This document shows positions 1-11,712 of a DNA stretch of 64,000 nt, piece by piece. A program made the position numbers and the translations under genes. Below the pieces are notes generated by a model. The model was not told where the DNA came from. It was given only the letters and a program-made list of their open reading frames with translations, and made no database searches. The DNA comes from Cenococcum geophilum (taxonomy: Eukaryota), in the NCBI GenBank assembly GCA_050273025.1, contig CP158636.1, positions 12,524,001 through 12,588,000 of the forward strand, in the 5' to 3' direction. Every line of letters starts with the position of its first letter. Position 1 is the stretch's first letter.

Positions 1-2828
1 ATGGGTCAGCAATCTAAGCCAAGTTCGAGTGAAGAGGAACAGGAAGGGTCAAAATCGCCTGTGAGGGCTGTGAAGAAGTTGCGCCTGAAGCGAGGAGAGT
101 CGGGAGAGAGCACTCCTATTTGGGAGGCCAAGAAGCCCGCGTTTACTGCGACGCGCTGGGAGTGGAGGAAAAGCGTTCTACCAAGTATGCAACAAGATAT
201 CAGGCGCAGATTGTATAGGTGCTAATCATAGGCCTTACAGGGAAAAAGCCATCCCACACAAATGACGACCATGAGGACGTGGAACCAGCCACAGAACGTG
301 ACCACCAATATGAAACCGGCGGCGCGGAGGACCCCTTGGCGTTAATGTCCGAGCTTATATCAGATGCTGGCGATAGTGATGCTTCTCACGAGTTTCCCAC
401 GGAGGCTATCGAGGCTCAAATGCCGACTATCGCCGACTTGCACAAAGATGGTGTTGAATCTTGCTCAAGCAATCAAGATTTTTACGAGCATTCGGAAAGC
501 CCCCAAGAGGAAGCACATTTCTCTGGTTCGATAATTACCAGCGGCTTAGACTCTTTGTCAGCTGAGTCTACATCTCATATCCTTGAAGATCCCCCCATGG
601 AAGATGAACCTAAATCCGAAGATACGTCTGGGTCTTCCGCAGGTCAAGATGGGAAAGTAACAGAACAAGAGACTAATGCCAAATTTCAATGTCCACCAAT
701 TCAACTATCTTGTATGGAAAGTGCCGGTTTTCTTATGGCGCATGACACAACAGAGACGGGTTCCATCTCGAAAGAGTATACTCTTAACCAATCAGAGACG
801 AAGACCGAACAATCTGTGTCAAATATTCCAATGGACGGTGGCAAAGAACTTGAAAAGGCAGTAAGGGAACCCTCAGAAGAATTCACCTATAATATCGAGG
901 AGGAAAACGTGGAAACGCTCGATTCATCAAGTCTTAACTTCGGATTAGAATCTAAGATAGATGATAATATTGACACAGATGTGTTAGAGGTGAAGGAATT
1001 GGCCCAAGACATTGGTCTTCTCCGGAGCGCTAAGACATCTCAAACAACGTTTGCGCGGAAATCCGATTCTTCAACTGAAGGAAATGATGTTGATGAATTG
1101 ATGTATGCGCCGGACGCGGGCGAGGATGTTGATATGACAGCTTCATCCGAGCAGCTAGCAGCCCCTGTTGACAATATGGAGGAGATTGAGGACCAGGGAA
1201 CTGAAAACGAGGAACAGTCGGAACAGATCTTCCGGGGATCAGAAACGCCCACTACAAAAGAATCACTTGCCAAGGCTGAGATGAACGAGTCAGCTATTGA
1301 ACAGGCGTCTGAACGGGAGCTTGAACCTTCTGCTATGCCTCTCAGCCCCAGGCTAGGAAGCGAGAAGCTTCCGAATAACCCTCAAGACGATACATTACCC
1401 GAAAGCATAGCGGATGGTCTAACACTCGGGTGTTCAACACAGGTAGAAGTAGCCTCCATCTCCAGCATAGAAAACACCACTCGTAAGCTGCGCTCTCCCC
1501 CACCACCACCACTTGAGGCCGCTCAGGAAGACATCACAACTCATCTCGATGATGACACGGCCGTTCTCAAAGATTTCCTCACCCGCGCCGCAGCAAGCAA
1601 AGCTAGTAAAGCCAATAAAGTCACAACAATTGCTCGTCGGACTTCACTGTCACACCGCCGTGACTCCGACGCAGTCCGCCACGCCCTAGCATCTCCTCGC
1701 AAAATCCTCGAAAATAAAGATCCGAATTCTCTATCGCCCCATATGTCCTATGACATAACTGCCACTCTCGATCTCTCTGAATCCCTTACACTTCATCAAT
1801 CTACTAACACGACCTCGGATGATCATGAGCCTACAGACGCCGAAGTGGCGAAAGCTCCTGCAACGTCGTCAAGACGCTCGACACGCTCTCGTAGCTCGCG
1901 TACCCCGCACCCTCCTGCTTCTCATAATCCCCAGCCACAAACTCCCAACCGCATTCCCGTCCGTCGTGCCGATGGCGGTGAGCCAGTAGTCTTACGACGG
2001 ACGGAGGCGCAGGAACTGGGCATTCTTACACGCGCCAATACGCGCAAGAACAAAAGCGGTGCTGTTGCTGCTAGCGTCAGGCTGTTGAAGCTAGCAGCTG
2101 AACAAGCCGTTGTACCAGGCTCAATAGTCGATAAGGTAGTTGAGGCAGCGAGAGATGGCGCCGCGGCCGGCGAACGAAAGGCTGTCAGGTGGGGCGAGAT
2201 GCTGGTCTACTTCCAACATAGAACCGATAGTGCAAGTTTGAGCGTGGAGGCACTGACAGAGTTAACCGAAGCAATGGCGCAAGGCGAGGCGGATGTAGAG
2301 ACGCTGGATCCAAGTCCTGATGAACCATCGAGCTTGGATGCCGGCAACGCTAGTCCGAAATCGAAGTCGAAGTCGAAGGATAAGGCTGCTTCTACGCCCC
2401 GCATCCGGCGCCTACGTGGACTTGGTGCCGCAAATGGCACGCCTGGGAAGGGACTTCTGGCGCCTGCGTCTTTGCTCCCTGCAGAAGTTCTAGAGGAAAA
2501 GGAGAAGGCGGTCACGGAAGTGTCGCGGCTCGCAAAACCTAGACGAGCAAGGAAGTTGCCGGTCGCGAGCGAGGCGGCCAACTTACTCGAAACTCAGCCG
2601 TTGAAGCAGGAGCAGGAGGTTCCCGTGCAGGTGGGGAAGGAGGTTAAGGAGAGGAAGAGTAGGTTAGCAACAGCACGGAAGGTCAAGATCCCAGTGAGCA
2701 CTACTCCAGCAGTACCAGTAGATGGCAAGGAAAACAGGTTGGTAACGGGGACACCCAAAAAAGGTGTGAGTGTTGCAGTCGGGGTGGAAACAGGGTTGCC
2801 AAGACGGAGAGGTTCTAAGAGACTTTGA
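1..2828 (+). CDS. Uncharacterised fungal protein, acidic/low-complexity N-terminal half and basic C-terminal half; may begin upstream of the window
   Basis: ORF 1-225 joins the 869-aa ORF through intron 185-240 (GTATGC...GCTAAT...CAG). The phase is consistent (A|GG = Arg). Stop at 2826-2828. No domain recognised. Confidence 0.8.
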
Positions 2829-3343
2829 AGTGGTGGTATTAGGACTGAATTGGCTTTGGAGGTGCAGTGAGTCAATGAGCCGTCTAAGGTGCAATGTGCC
2901 GTAGGCTTGGTGATACCCGGACCTTAGACTTTGCGTCCATTAAAGGCGTTATATTAGTTGGAGCCCTTGAGGCGCTTTTGGAGGGTTTGCATTTTTGTTA
3001 AAATTCGACGACGAAACTGGATACGACACTTTATTACCCAAATACACGACCCTTTTATACTATTGTTCATAAAACCTGATCTTTCTTCCCAGACTGATAG
3101 CAAATAATCTTCGTTTATATCAAGCATGACATGGAACAACTACGTTTTGTTCAAATACGGCCAAAAGGGGTTTTCTTTCCTCACTCACGTACTCATCAGC
3201 ATTCCCATTAGAGACCCTGCCCTGCAAAGCAGCACCCAACGAGCTAGAAAACGTCCGCTTGTAGCCTTGGAGTACTCCGTACTAGAACCCTGCTTCATCG
3301 GCTTGTTATACTGAATTATCCGCTTACTTGTTCCAAAGTCTAC

Positions 3344-4773
3344 CTAGAAATTCGTGCAAAATTTCCCGAACTTTCGGCTCGTAATAGGTTGCGGGAAGAC
3401 GCCATCATCAAGCAGTTGGAATAAATCCCACTCGCCCGCTCCTCCCTCTGTCTTGAAATTCCAGAACATCCAGCCTTGAGTCTTTGTCTCAAAAGCGTCC
3501 AGCTGCGTCTCGATGTACTTGCGTGTATCGTCTTTCATGGTTTGCGACCAAGCGGAGACGCGGCCGGTCTTGCCAGAGCAAGAGCCTACACGCGAGCTGC
3601 CGGGAAAGCTTCCCTCATAGCGATTGCCAGCTTTGTATCCTGCCAGAAAATGTTATCAGAAGGAAGTTCGAGGATGTCATCGACACGAGATATCTTACCG
3701 TTGAGGTTTGGAGCGCAATCAGTCATAGCTCCTGACCACTCACCCACAAATGTCCATTTGTCTGAAGTCGAGTACGAGCTTACGGCACTGCAAACTTGCT
3801 GGCGGTGCTGGGCAGACGACATGGCAACCAAGCTATTATCAAAGATTTGGTACTCATGATGATCGATGATAACATTCTGAGCATTGTTATCCGAAGGCGT
3901 CAAGAAACCGTTCCAGTAGGACGGAGCCCAGAAACCGTCGTGCAGGATGACCGGGGTATCACTGATCTTGCGCAGATTATTGTAACCATCGCGGTAGAAA
4001 GTATGCACCATGTTGGGGTCAAGTTTTGATAGGAACGGCTCGTTAAGAAGCTCAATACCAATCACAACGTCCTGGTATGCGGCTTTGGCATACTTGTTCT
4101 CGATTGTTGCAAGAACTTGATGAGTCTGGGGAACACTGCTGTAGGTACCCCAACCCGGGTTATCCAATCGATGACCGGAATGATCGAAGCCGTTCTGAGA
4201 GCGTGGCGCGCCGTGCAAGTCGATAATTACTTTCAATCCAGTGGTTCTTGCCCATCCGATAGCGTTATCCAGATACGGTGCCTGGCCTGATGTGTACGGT
4301 CCTCCAAAGTCGGCATAGGCCCAGTATCCAATCGGTATTCTAACTACATTGAACCCCGCATTTTTTATTTTCTGGAAATCTGCGAGCTTAACCCAGCTGT
4401 CCCAATGTGGTTTGAGGACATTATAGCAGCCTTGCTTTCCGAGCTTGGCGCAAAGTGTCCATTCGTCGTGGACTTCATCAGTAACGGAGTGAGCGTTATA
4501 GATGGATGGAGTAATGAATCTGGAAAACTTTAATACCGTGTTCTTACAACGTTGGTTGTGGACTTTACGGTTCGGTTACAAGCCATCCTCCAATATTAAC
4601 GCCTCTGAGCTTTGTGGACCCCCAGCTGAAAGCAACTTTTCTCGGTTCGAGATTTCTGCGATATAATGTTACTAGAGGTGCAAAATCAGAGCCGGAAGGG
4701 CTTACGTGGGCACAGCGGATGCCAGCGCAGCCGTTGCCGTAAGCACGACTGATAGGGAAAGTTTTGACAACAT
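3344..4773 (-). CDS. EXG1: Secreted glucan 1,3-beta-glucosidase (exo-1,3-beta-glucanase), glycoside hydrolase family 5
   Basis: Four exons, with GT-AG introns at 4656-4705, 4520-4568 and 3640-3698. Signal peptide MLSKLSLSVVLTATAALASA; motifs RGVNIGGWLVTEPFITPS, IDLHGAPRSQNGFDHSG, ELLNEP (acid/base), DHHEYQIF, VGEWSGA (nucleophile), GWMFWNFKTE. Confidence 0.95.
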
Positions 4774-6330
4774 TTGAGATGATCCAAACGAATGTGTGGG
4801 CACTTGATAAAATATGGGCCCGGTTTAAGAATGTTGCTCAGATGAACATCCAGGAGAAAGAATGAATCGAACAATAAATCAGTAAAATTATATTAAAGAA
4901 TGACCGGAAAGACACCGAGGTAAAGAAAAAGCGTGATGCGGAGCTTTGCCCAGGGTTAGACTTAGAGAATGATTATTGAGCGAGTGACGAGAGATCCGGA
5001 CAGGGTTGGCAGGTCAGAACGTATCCAGATTCCTGAAGAGATCTTGGGGGGGAATCGCCTGTATTTCTGCATTTGATCAAAAGGAGTCTGGAAGCTGGTG
5101 GGCTGATGACTGAGAAAGCCCTAGTACATCATTGCTTGTGGCGTACTGTCAAATATTCAGGCACATGACGCTTTGGGAATTTAGAAGATTGGAGGCGTCA
5201 AACTAATATTTCTACTGGTCGCGTAGGGGAGCTTGGCATACTTTCTCAGTTGACGTTGGAAACATCAAACGAGACGCCAGGGAAAAACATCTGGACCAGC
5301 ACACGGACTATCGCTGGTATCTATTGAACCGCTGTCCTCTATCTGGATGTTGATAAACCCACTAATTCAGACTAATGCGCTAAGCTGTGAAAAAGAGGTA
5401 CATTTGCAAAGGGCATTGGTGCGTGTAGTTATGTCTGAGCAACTACACCGTCTCGGCGCATCCGGTTGAAAGCGCGTGTTGATCACGCTAACCAAAATGC
5501 GTACATTTGTACCCAAAAGTAGGTGAAAATACGTTAAAATGGCCGTGCTTATTGCTTCAAAAGGTATAAATTCTGCCGATTGATCACCAAGATTGACACG
5601 CGCTTTCAATCGGAGTTGACAAGGTGGTGTAGTAAGAATAGCTGAAGTGATGGCTAGTGCCAAGGATGCTAAGAAAAGGGGCCTGGATCACGTGGCATAG
5701 CCAGAAGTCGGAGTCGGCGAGCAAGCGACCTTAGCAACTAAACACTGAAACGCCATACCGTCCATGGCGTAGCCGAATGAAGTCGATTCTATTAGTCGTC
5801 GCGCCGCCAAATGCGTGTTGGATGAGTGCTTAAAGAAGTTGGAACGGGACTGGATATCAAGGAACCCGAAAAATCTAAAGTGAAGAAAGGCGTCCTCAGG
5901 ACACCGTAGTAAATTTCTTTAGGTTGTACAAAACCACCTGAAGCTGTCACGGAGGTCATATTCAAGGTGCGGGTTAACGAAGAGTAGAGAAGTATAGAAT
6001 ATTATTGAATTGTGTAGAGAAAACTCTACAAGAATTTCCATGCTGGCTTTTGAAACCCAGCTCGCAAAAATTTGTGATTGCAATGGACAAGACAAAGGAA
6101 GTTTATGTAGTCCTCCTCGGCCAGTCTAAAGGCTTTCTCAAAGAGGCTCGCTTGAGAAATCGGTCTGCGCGAGGTTCTTATCTCTAGGCATAATGATCTG
6201 CTTACACCACCTCTTTACATCTCGTTGTAAGTGCCTATTGATCTTGGCGACTAAACTATCTATTTTAGGCATAATTCTATACGGAAAGGGTATAAATCCG
6301 CGCTGTTTGATCGGCACGATCGGCACGCAC

Positions 6331-6995
6331 TTACAACGAGATGCGCCGAGGTGGTGTAGTCTTAAGTAGTTTGCTGACAAAGGCATCGTCTACATTCAGA
6401 TGATCCTTAACAATCTGGGGTACCGTGAGTCCCAGCCATTCTCCGACACTGATATCGCTGGATGTTGGCGCTTGAAGCACTTCCAGGAACACAAGAGGTA
6501 CGTTGTCAGTATTTTCAAGGTAATGCGCGTTAGGCATGGGCACGTATCCGACGTCACCGGCGGCAAAGTAGAAGGTACGACTGGAAGCAGGAGCTTGATA
6601 TACCGTCAAGCGCCCGGACCCGTCCAAGGAAATAAGTCCATTCGTCGGAGGTGGTGTACCAGTGTATTTCTCGCGTACCACCTGGTTGGACGGTGACAAG
6701 CGCGGCAGAGAAGGTCGAAGTGATTGGGAGGGTGGCGGGGTCGGTGACTTTGATGCTACCTCCTAGTACTTCGTAGGGCTCTTGCTGAGAGAGGTGGTAG
6801 CCGTAAGAGTCATTTACAGAAGAAGCCAGAGGGGCTGGTGGCGTTTTGCCCTGAATGTCTTTAGGTGCAGGCGTGCCTGGGAAAATCCAGAGTTGGCCAA
6901 TGGGGAGATCCTTAAATGCCGATACGGAAGCACGAAAATTCTTGGCGATTACGCTTTCAGGATTTCGTTCAAAGAGCTCCGACACAACGGAACAG
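6331..6995 (-). pseudogene. oxdC: Oxalate decarboxylase/bicupin remnant (C-terminal cupin and linker only)
   Basis: SELFERNPESVIAKNF...LWIFPGTPAP...FSAALVTVQPGGTREIHWYTTSDEWTYF continues in another frame as GRLTVYQAPASSRTFYFAAGDVGYVPMPNAHYLEN...FLEVLQ...SDISVGEWLGLT. Frameshift near 6625; REIHWH has become REIHWY; no N-terminal cupin visible. Confidence 0.8.
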
Positions 6996-7453
6996 CCCTT
7001 GTTAATATAACGATCCTCTATTGGGCATCGCCATTGCGAGGTTGGTAGAAGCTCCCAAGGGCCTTCCATAAGTTTTGAGGTCGAACGCCGAGTTGTATAT
7101 AGCCGGTTGGTGTTTTCTCGGATGTTGTTCGAGTAAATGTAACTACTTACTATGGCCAAATTATTCCTGCATACGGTTCCCCACAGTATGCATACCAGTC
7201 TTTTTCTGTGCCGTCCCCTCCAAGGCGTATGATAGCACACCCCAGTTTGCTAACGTCAATGCCCTTCAGCGTGTGCATCAAGCTGACCAAGCAGCATCTG
7301 AACCACATAGAGAAGCTGCGAAATAATCCTTGGCTCACTGGTATGTCACTGAACAATTGGTCTAAGGGTTACAACCAGAAATCAGTTTAGTGAAGCATAG
7401 TAATACTCCGGTCTGCGAATGCCGCAGCTCACCAAACCCTAATTTGCTGCTGT

Positions 7454-8181
7454 TCAATCCAAAAACCCCATCTCTTCATCCATGACACCAGCGAGACCAT
7501 TTGTGCGTCTATGCCGTCCACTATTAACGGGCGGCCAACTTTGGCTGCGTTTTCGTAGCTCTTCGGACTCCGCGATGGCTGCATGGAGATTACTGAAAGA
7601 TTAACGGTTAGATGGAACCGCTTACAATATGAACGAGTTGGGCCCTACTCTAATCTTCCATGAACAACGTATCCCTGCGATTCCAGCGCTTCGGCTAGCT
7701 CGGCCTGGTGATTGTCCAAAAGCTCTGGATTTGGTACTACAATGATGGGTACACCTATCCGAAGCGCATCCAGGATAGTACCTGAGCCTAGATTTGAAAT
7801 AAATGTGACATATCAGCGTCCCAGACATCTTGCATTCCGTAAAGGAAACTAAGTACCTGCATGGCTAATAACTACGCCTTGCGAGTCATTAGGGCCCCCC
7901 TTTGCAGCTCTCATTTCTTGGCCTAGACCTAAGCGATTGAAGTTGAAGCCATTAATTATCAATTCCGTCTGTTTGCTCGTTCCAATTCCTGATGTGACCC
8001 TGTTGAAGATGGCTTCCCCCTCCTTACCGTATTGAATGAGCAAATTAGTATATCCTGCCCTGGAGAGGGCTTCAAGAAATCGCGATTCCAAGCAGGCCGA
8101 GATCAAAGAATTGAATGAAGCTGTAGCTCCAATGGTGACAAAACACAGCCTCCTCGGTTGTTTCTTTTCATCGACGGACAT
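7454..8181 (-). CDS. ALG13: UDP-GlcNAc transferase catalytic subunit (GT28 C-terminal type)
   Basis: [11 protein letters not shown]...[42 protein letters not shown]...MDEEMGFLD*. Introns at 7788-7856 and 7593-7648. Confidence 0.95.
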
Positions 8182-8332
8182 CGTTCAGCAAGTTATTTTG
8201 TTGGATAAAAGCGGTCGCGAGCTGATGACTCTGGGTACGGACTGTCGGGGTGAATTTTTCCGAACGCCAAGCACTTTGGGTGTGCGATTCCAGGAAAATG
8301 TCCGCCATCTCATACACATTCTCAGGTTCTCA
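8182..8332. promoter_or_regulatory. Putative bidirectional promoter between ALG13 and RSM24
   Basis: The divergent ATGs (8181 minus, 8333 plus) are separated by only 151 bp. Confidence 0.6.
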
Positions 8333-9413
8333 ATGGCAACAGTAGTCAAGAGGCTGGTATTGTCTTCCCGCAGGTGCCCTCGACACATATCACCACGATA
8401 CACACCCACATCTGCAATACCGTGGCAGCGGCCATTTTCCTCTACCATATCACAGTTTGAAGAGCGATCGCATGCACGAGCAGAATGGGATGAATTACTT
8501 CGTGACCTACGGAGCATGGACTCCAAGTCGCTTCAAAAGGCATTAAATTCTTCAGGAGAAGACCTTAGCATTGGCATGGATTTGGAGGATGAGGACGCAC
8601 TGGACATTGAACAAGAGGAGCGAGGGAAGATAGGGTTCTTCGGGGAGGGAGAGGAGGAACTCGGCCCAGATGATGATTATTACGGAGATGATATCACGGC
8701 ACTAGGGCACGGAGAGCTGGAGCAGCATAGAGAGCTGAGAGAGTACGCAAGGCTTGCTGCGTGGGAATTGCCTCTGCTAAGTAGTACGTATTGCTGAGTA
8801 TGGTCTTGAATTTCGTTGCTGATGGACTGCTATAGAGCTTGCAAAACCATTTGAGCCTCCGGACAAAAGTGCTCCTCTACGCTTTCGCTACACTACCTAT
8901 ATGGGTGAAGAGCACCCCGCCGCAAATAAAGTCGTCGTCGAGTTTTGCGCTTCTGATATGCCCGACCTAACTCCACAGCAAAAAGACAAGCTCATTAAAC
9001 TAGCGGGCCCGCGCTACAATCCTTCGACAGATATCATAAAGATGGGCTGTGAGATGTTCGAAACGCAGGCACAAAACAAGCGGTTCCTTGGTGATACTAT
9101 CCACAAGCTCTTGAAAGAGGCTCGAGATGGAAAAGACACATTCGCAGACGTTCCTTTCGACTTCCGACACCACAAGGCCAAGACAAGGCATGAGTTTCCG
9201 AAAGAGTGGTTGCTGACGCCGGAGAGGAAAGAGTACCTCGAGGCGCGGCGGAAACAGCAGCTCCAGCTCGAGGCTGAACGAAAGGAGAGTGGCACGTTAC
9301 TAGATGGTGCACAACTTGTAGAGAAGATGCTTGCATCCCAGCCTGTAATGGCAGTACCGGAATTGGTTGGAGCTACTCCTGTTGGTAGCCGCGGTAAACA
9401 GCGACTGCGGTAG
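8333..9413 (+). CDS. RSM24: Mitochondrial small ribosomal subunit protein mS35/Rsm24
   Basis: Arg/Ser-rich presequence MATVVKRLVLSSRR; DDITALGHGELEQHRELREYARLAAWELPLLS|KLAKPFEPP...LRFRYTTYMGEEHPAANKVVVEF...KLIKLAGPRYNP...DTFADVPFDFRHH. Intron 8784-8835. Confidence 0.93.
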
Positions 9414-11157
9414 AGACTGTATTATAATTATCTTGAGAAGAAAACTCTTGTACAGGATACTTAGGATATCAGCATATCACCCGAGTTATGAATCTGTATA
9501 AATCTTATATCTTTGGTCTAATAAAAGCTCGCTTCGTTAATGCAATAGAAGTCCAAGAGCTGATGCTGAGACCTTCCGGCTGTCGATTGGTTCGCTTTTG
9601 CTATATTAGGAGAAACCCAGTCTTCGTTCTTAGGCACAGGCTGACTTGCTCCATTTTCCCGTTCCGCTTCTCCATATCAAGTATCACAATATGTCAACAT
9701 CGGGATCCCACCCTTCATCCCTCACAATCTCTGAACTCCATTCGGCTCTGCAGAGCTAATCCCTTACACAGTCTGAAAAGCTCGACCTCAAGAGCTGGCT
9801 ACAAGAGCGTAACACTGAGGCATGGTGTCCTAAACTCTTAGGCAAGAAACTTGCATCTCTTTCTTCTAGTACGGTAAGTCAGGGCCTCAGCTAATGGAAT
9901 CGTATACTTATAACATCACTTAATGAATTGCATTTGACAGGCATTCACTTTGGAAGAACTCCTAGAACCCCGCAGAGTGTTTGGGAGTGGTTCGCCTGGT
10001 TACGTTATACTAGAATTGACGCAGCCACCTCGCTACGCGAGGTGGTAACTCTTGCTGTTGCAACGTTAGGCTGCCTTATTGATTTTTACTACTTTATATA
10101 CTGTCCTACTTTTTATATACTATTTCTTCTACCTTAATAGTTATCAATATAATTTTTTTTATATAAATTAAGTATAATAATATAATAATTAATATTACTA
10201 AAGGTATTAAAGGTATATACGTTATATTTAGGGGGTATATAATTAGCAGTACCCTATATTAAAGCGTTATATAACTTATTATTATATTAAGGTAGTTAAT
10301 AAGCTAATTTACATAATTATTATTAATAAATAAATAATATATAAAAGGCTATCTTTATAAATTAAAACTTTTCTATTTATTATTTAATTAATAATAATAA
10401 TTTTTTTTGAAATAGAAGCTAATTAAGTTAAATAATAATAATTAATATTAGAGCTATTTATATGTTGGTTACACAAGGGGGATATTACGTAGCTACGGTT
10501 CGTAGATAGTATGATGATTGTTATTTCTTATTCTTGATAGGAATAAGGAAAGGGGTGAGGAACTTAAGGTTCCTCACCGCGCTAGGGCCATATTGACACG
10601 TGACGGCAACTTGCCTCATTCCCGATACTGGCAACTCTTCTTTTCGTGGTTGCCATCTATATATATATAAACAGACAGGATGTAACAATACCTAATAGTG
10701 TATAACAATACCAGACAGTGTATAACAATACCAAATAATATACGACAATATGCGATAATGCGGCAGTTAGTAGGATTTGGCGGATAATGTGAAGACATAG
10801 GGGCCGCTAAGGCGCTAGTAGTAAGCGAGCTAATGGCGATTTTCTATCCCGGGGATAGAAAATCCTAATTGGCTAGCTTAACGACTAGTGTCGGTAAAAC
10901 TCTATACCGCTACCCGAATCGATTAAGCGCGGCGCTCTTGGCACAAATCTAACTACTCAGACAACTTTAACCGGCGGTCGAAGTTCCATGAGATCTTAAC
11001 TTCTCTAAATTTCCCTTTTAACCTAACCTTTAACTCGTATATGTAGAGTATTTATATTAACAAACGTCTCTAGTGCCTTGTTTGGGTTTGCCTTCGTCAT
11101 CATATCTGCCGGGTTATCTTGGCCACTAATCTATCGAATCCTAAAGAGTTCTTGATG

Positions 11158-11418
11158 CTCTACGAGGACCTCCATAAGGACCTTTATGAGGACCTTTATA
11201 AGGACCTCCATAAGAACCTCTATAAGGACCTCTGCGAGGACCTCCACGAGGACCTCTACGAGAATCTCTATGAGGATCTCTACGAGGACCTCTACGAGAA
11301 TCTCCACGAGGATCTCTACGAGGACCTCTACGAGAATCTCCACGAGGATCTCCACCAGGACCTCCACGAGGATCTCCACTAGGACCTCCATGAGGACCTC
11401 TATAAGGACCTCCACGAT
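11158..11418. repeat. 12-bp tandem array (CTCYACGAGGAC)n, about 21 units; reads (R-G-G/D-P)n in the gag frame
   Basis: Periodicity is directly visible. The frame of the ATG at 12223 gives CGT GGA GGT CCT repeats. Confidence 0.9.
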
Positions 11419-11554
11419 TGCTTTATAGTTGACATTGATCGTACCCTCTGCCGTATTCTAATTCCCCGCTGAACTTCTTCTCCTGATCTTGCTGTGGCAG
11501 GGTTTGGAGGTTATTAGATCTCAAAGCAAGGGGATCTTACGCTTGCTTACGTTG

Positions 11555-11712
11555 CGGGGGTTATTACGGAGGTTACTGCGGATGTTGCTGCGGCTGCTGT
11601 GGTTACTGCGGAGGTTCTTGCGGAGATTACTATAGAGGTTGCTTTAGAGCTTGTTGCGGAGCTTAATGCGGAGCTTGTTGCGGAGCTTGATACAGAGCTT
11701 GTTACGGAGCTT
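11555..11712. repeat. Degenerate 12-bp array (GCGGAGCTTGTT-like), Pro/Gln-rich in the gag frame
   Basis: Repeated gcggagcttgtt and gcggaggttact units. Confidence 0.75.

Noticed and set aside
5000..6330. Short ORFs between EXG1 and the cupin remnant
   Set aside because: No recognisable domains or consistent splice structure.
8036..8332. N-terminal extension of RSM24 in the ORF track
   Set aside because: It overlaps ALG13 in antisense; the ATG at 8333 gives a typical mitochondrial presequence.
10801..11000. Shared module as a hammerhead or hairpin ribozyme
   Set aside because: No CUGANGA/GAAA core or hairpin-ribozyme loop motifs could be placed on either strand by eye, even after reversing RIP.
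11119..11428. (HEDL)n, (EVLV)n and (RTST)n ORFs
   Set aside because: Alternative frames of the 12-bp repeat inside the Copia gag.
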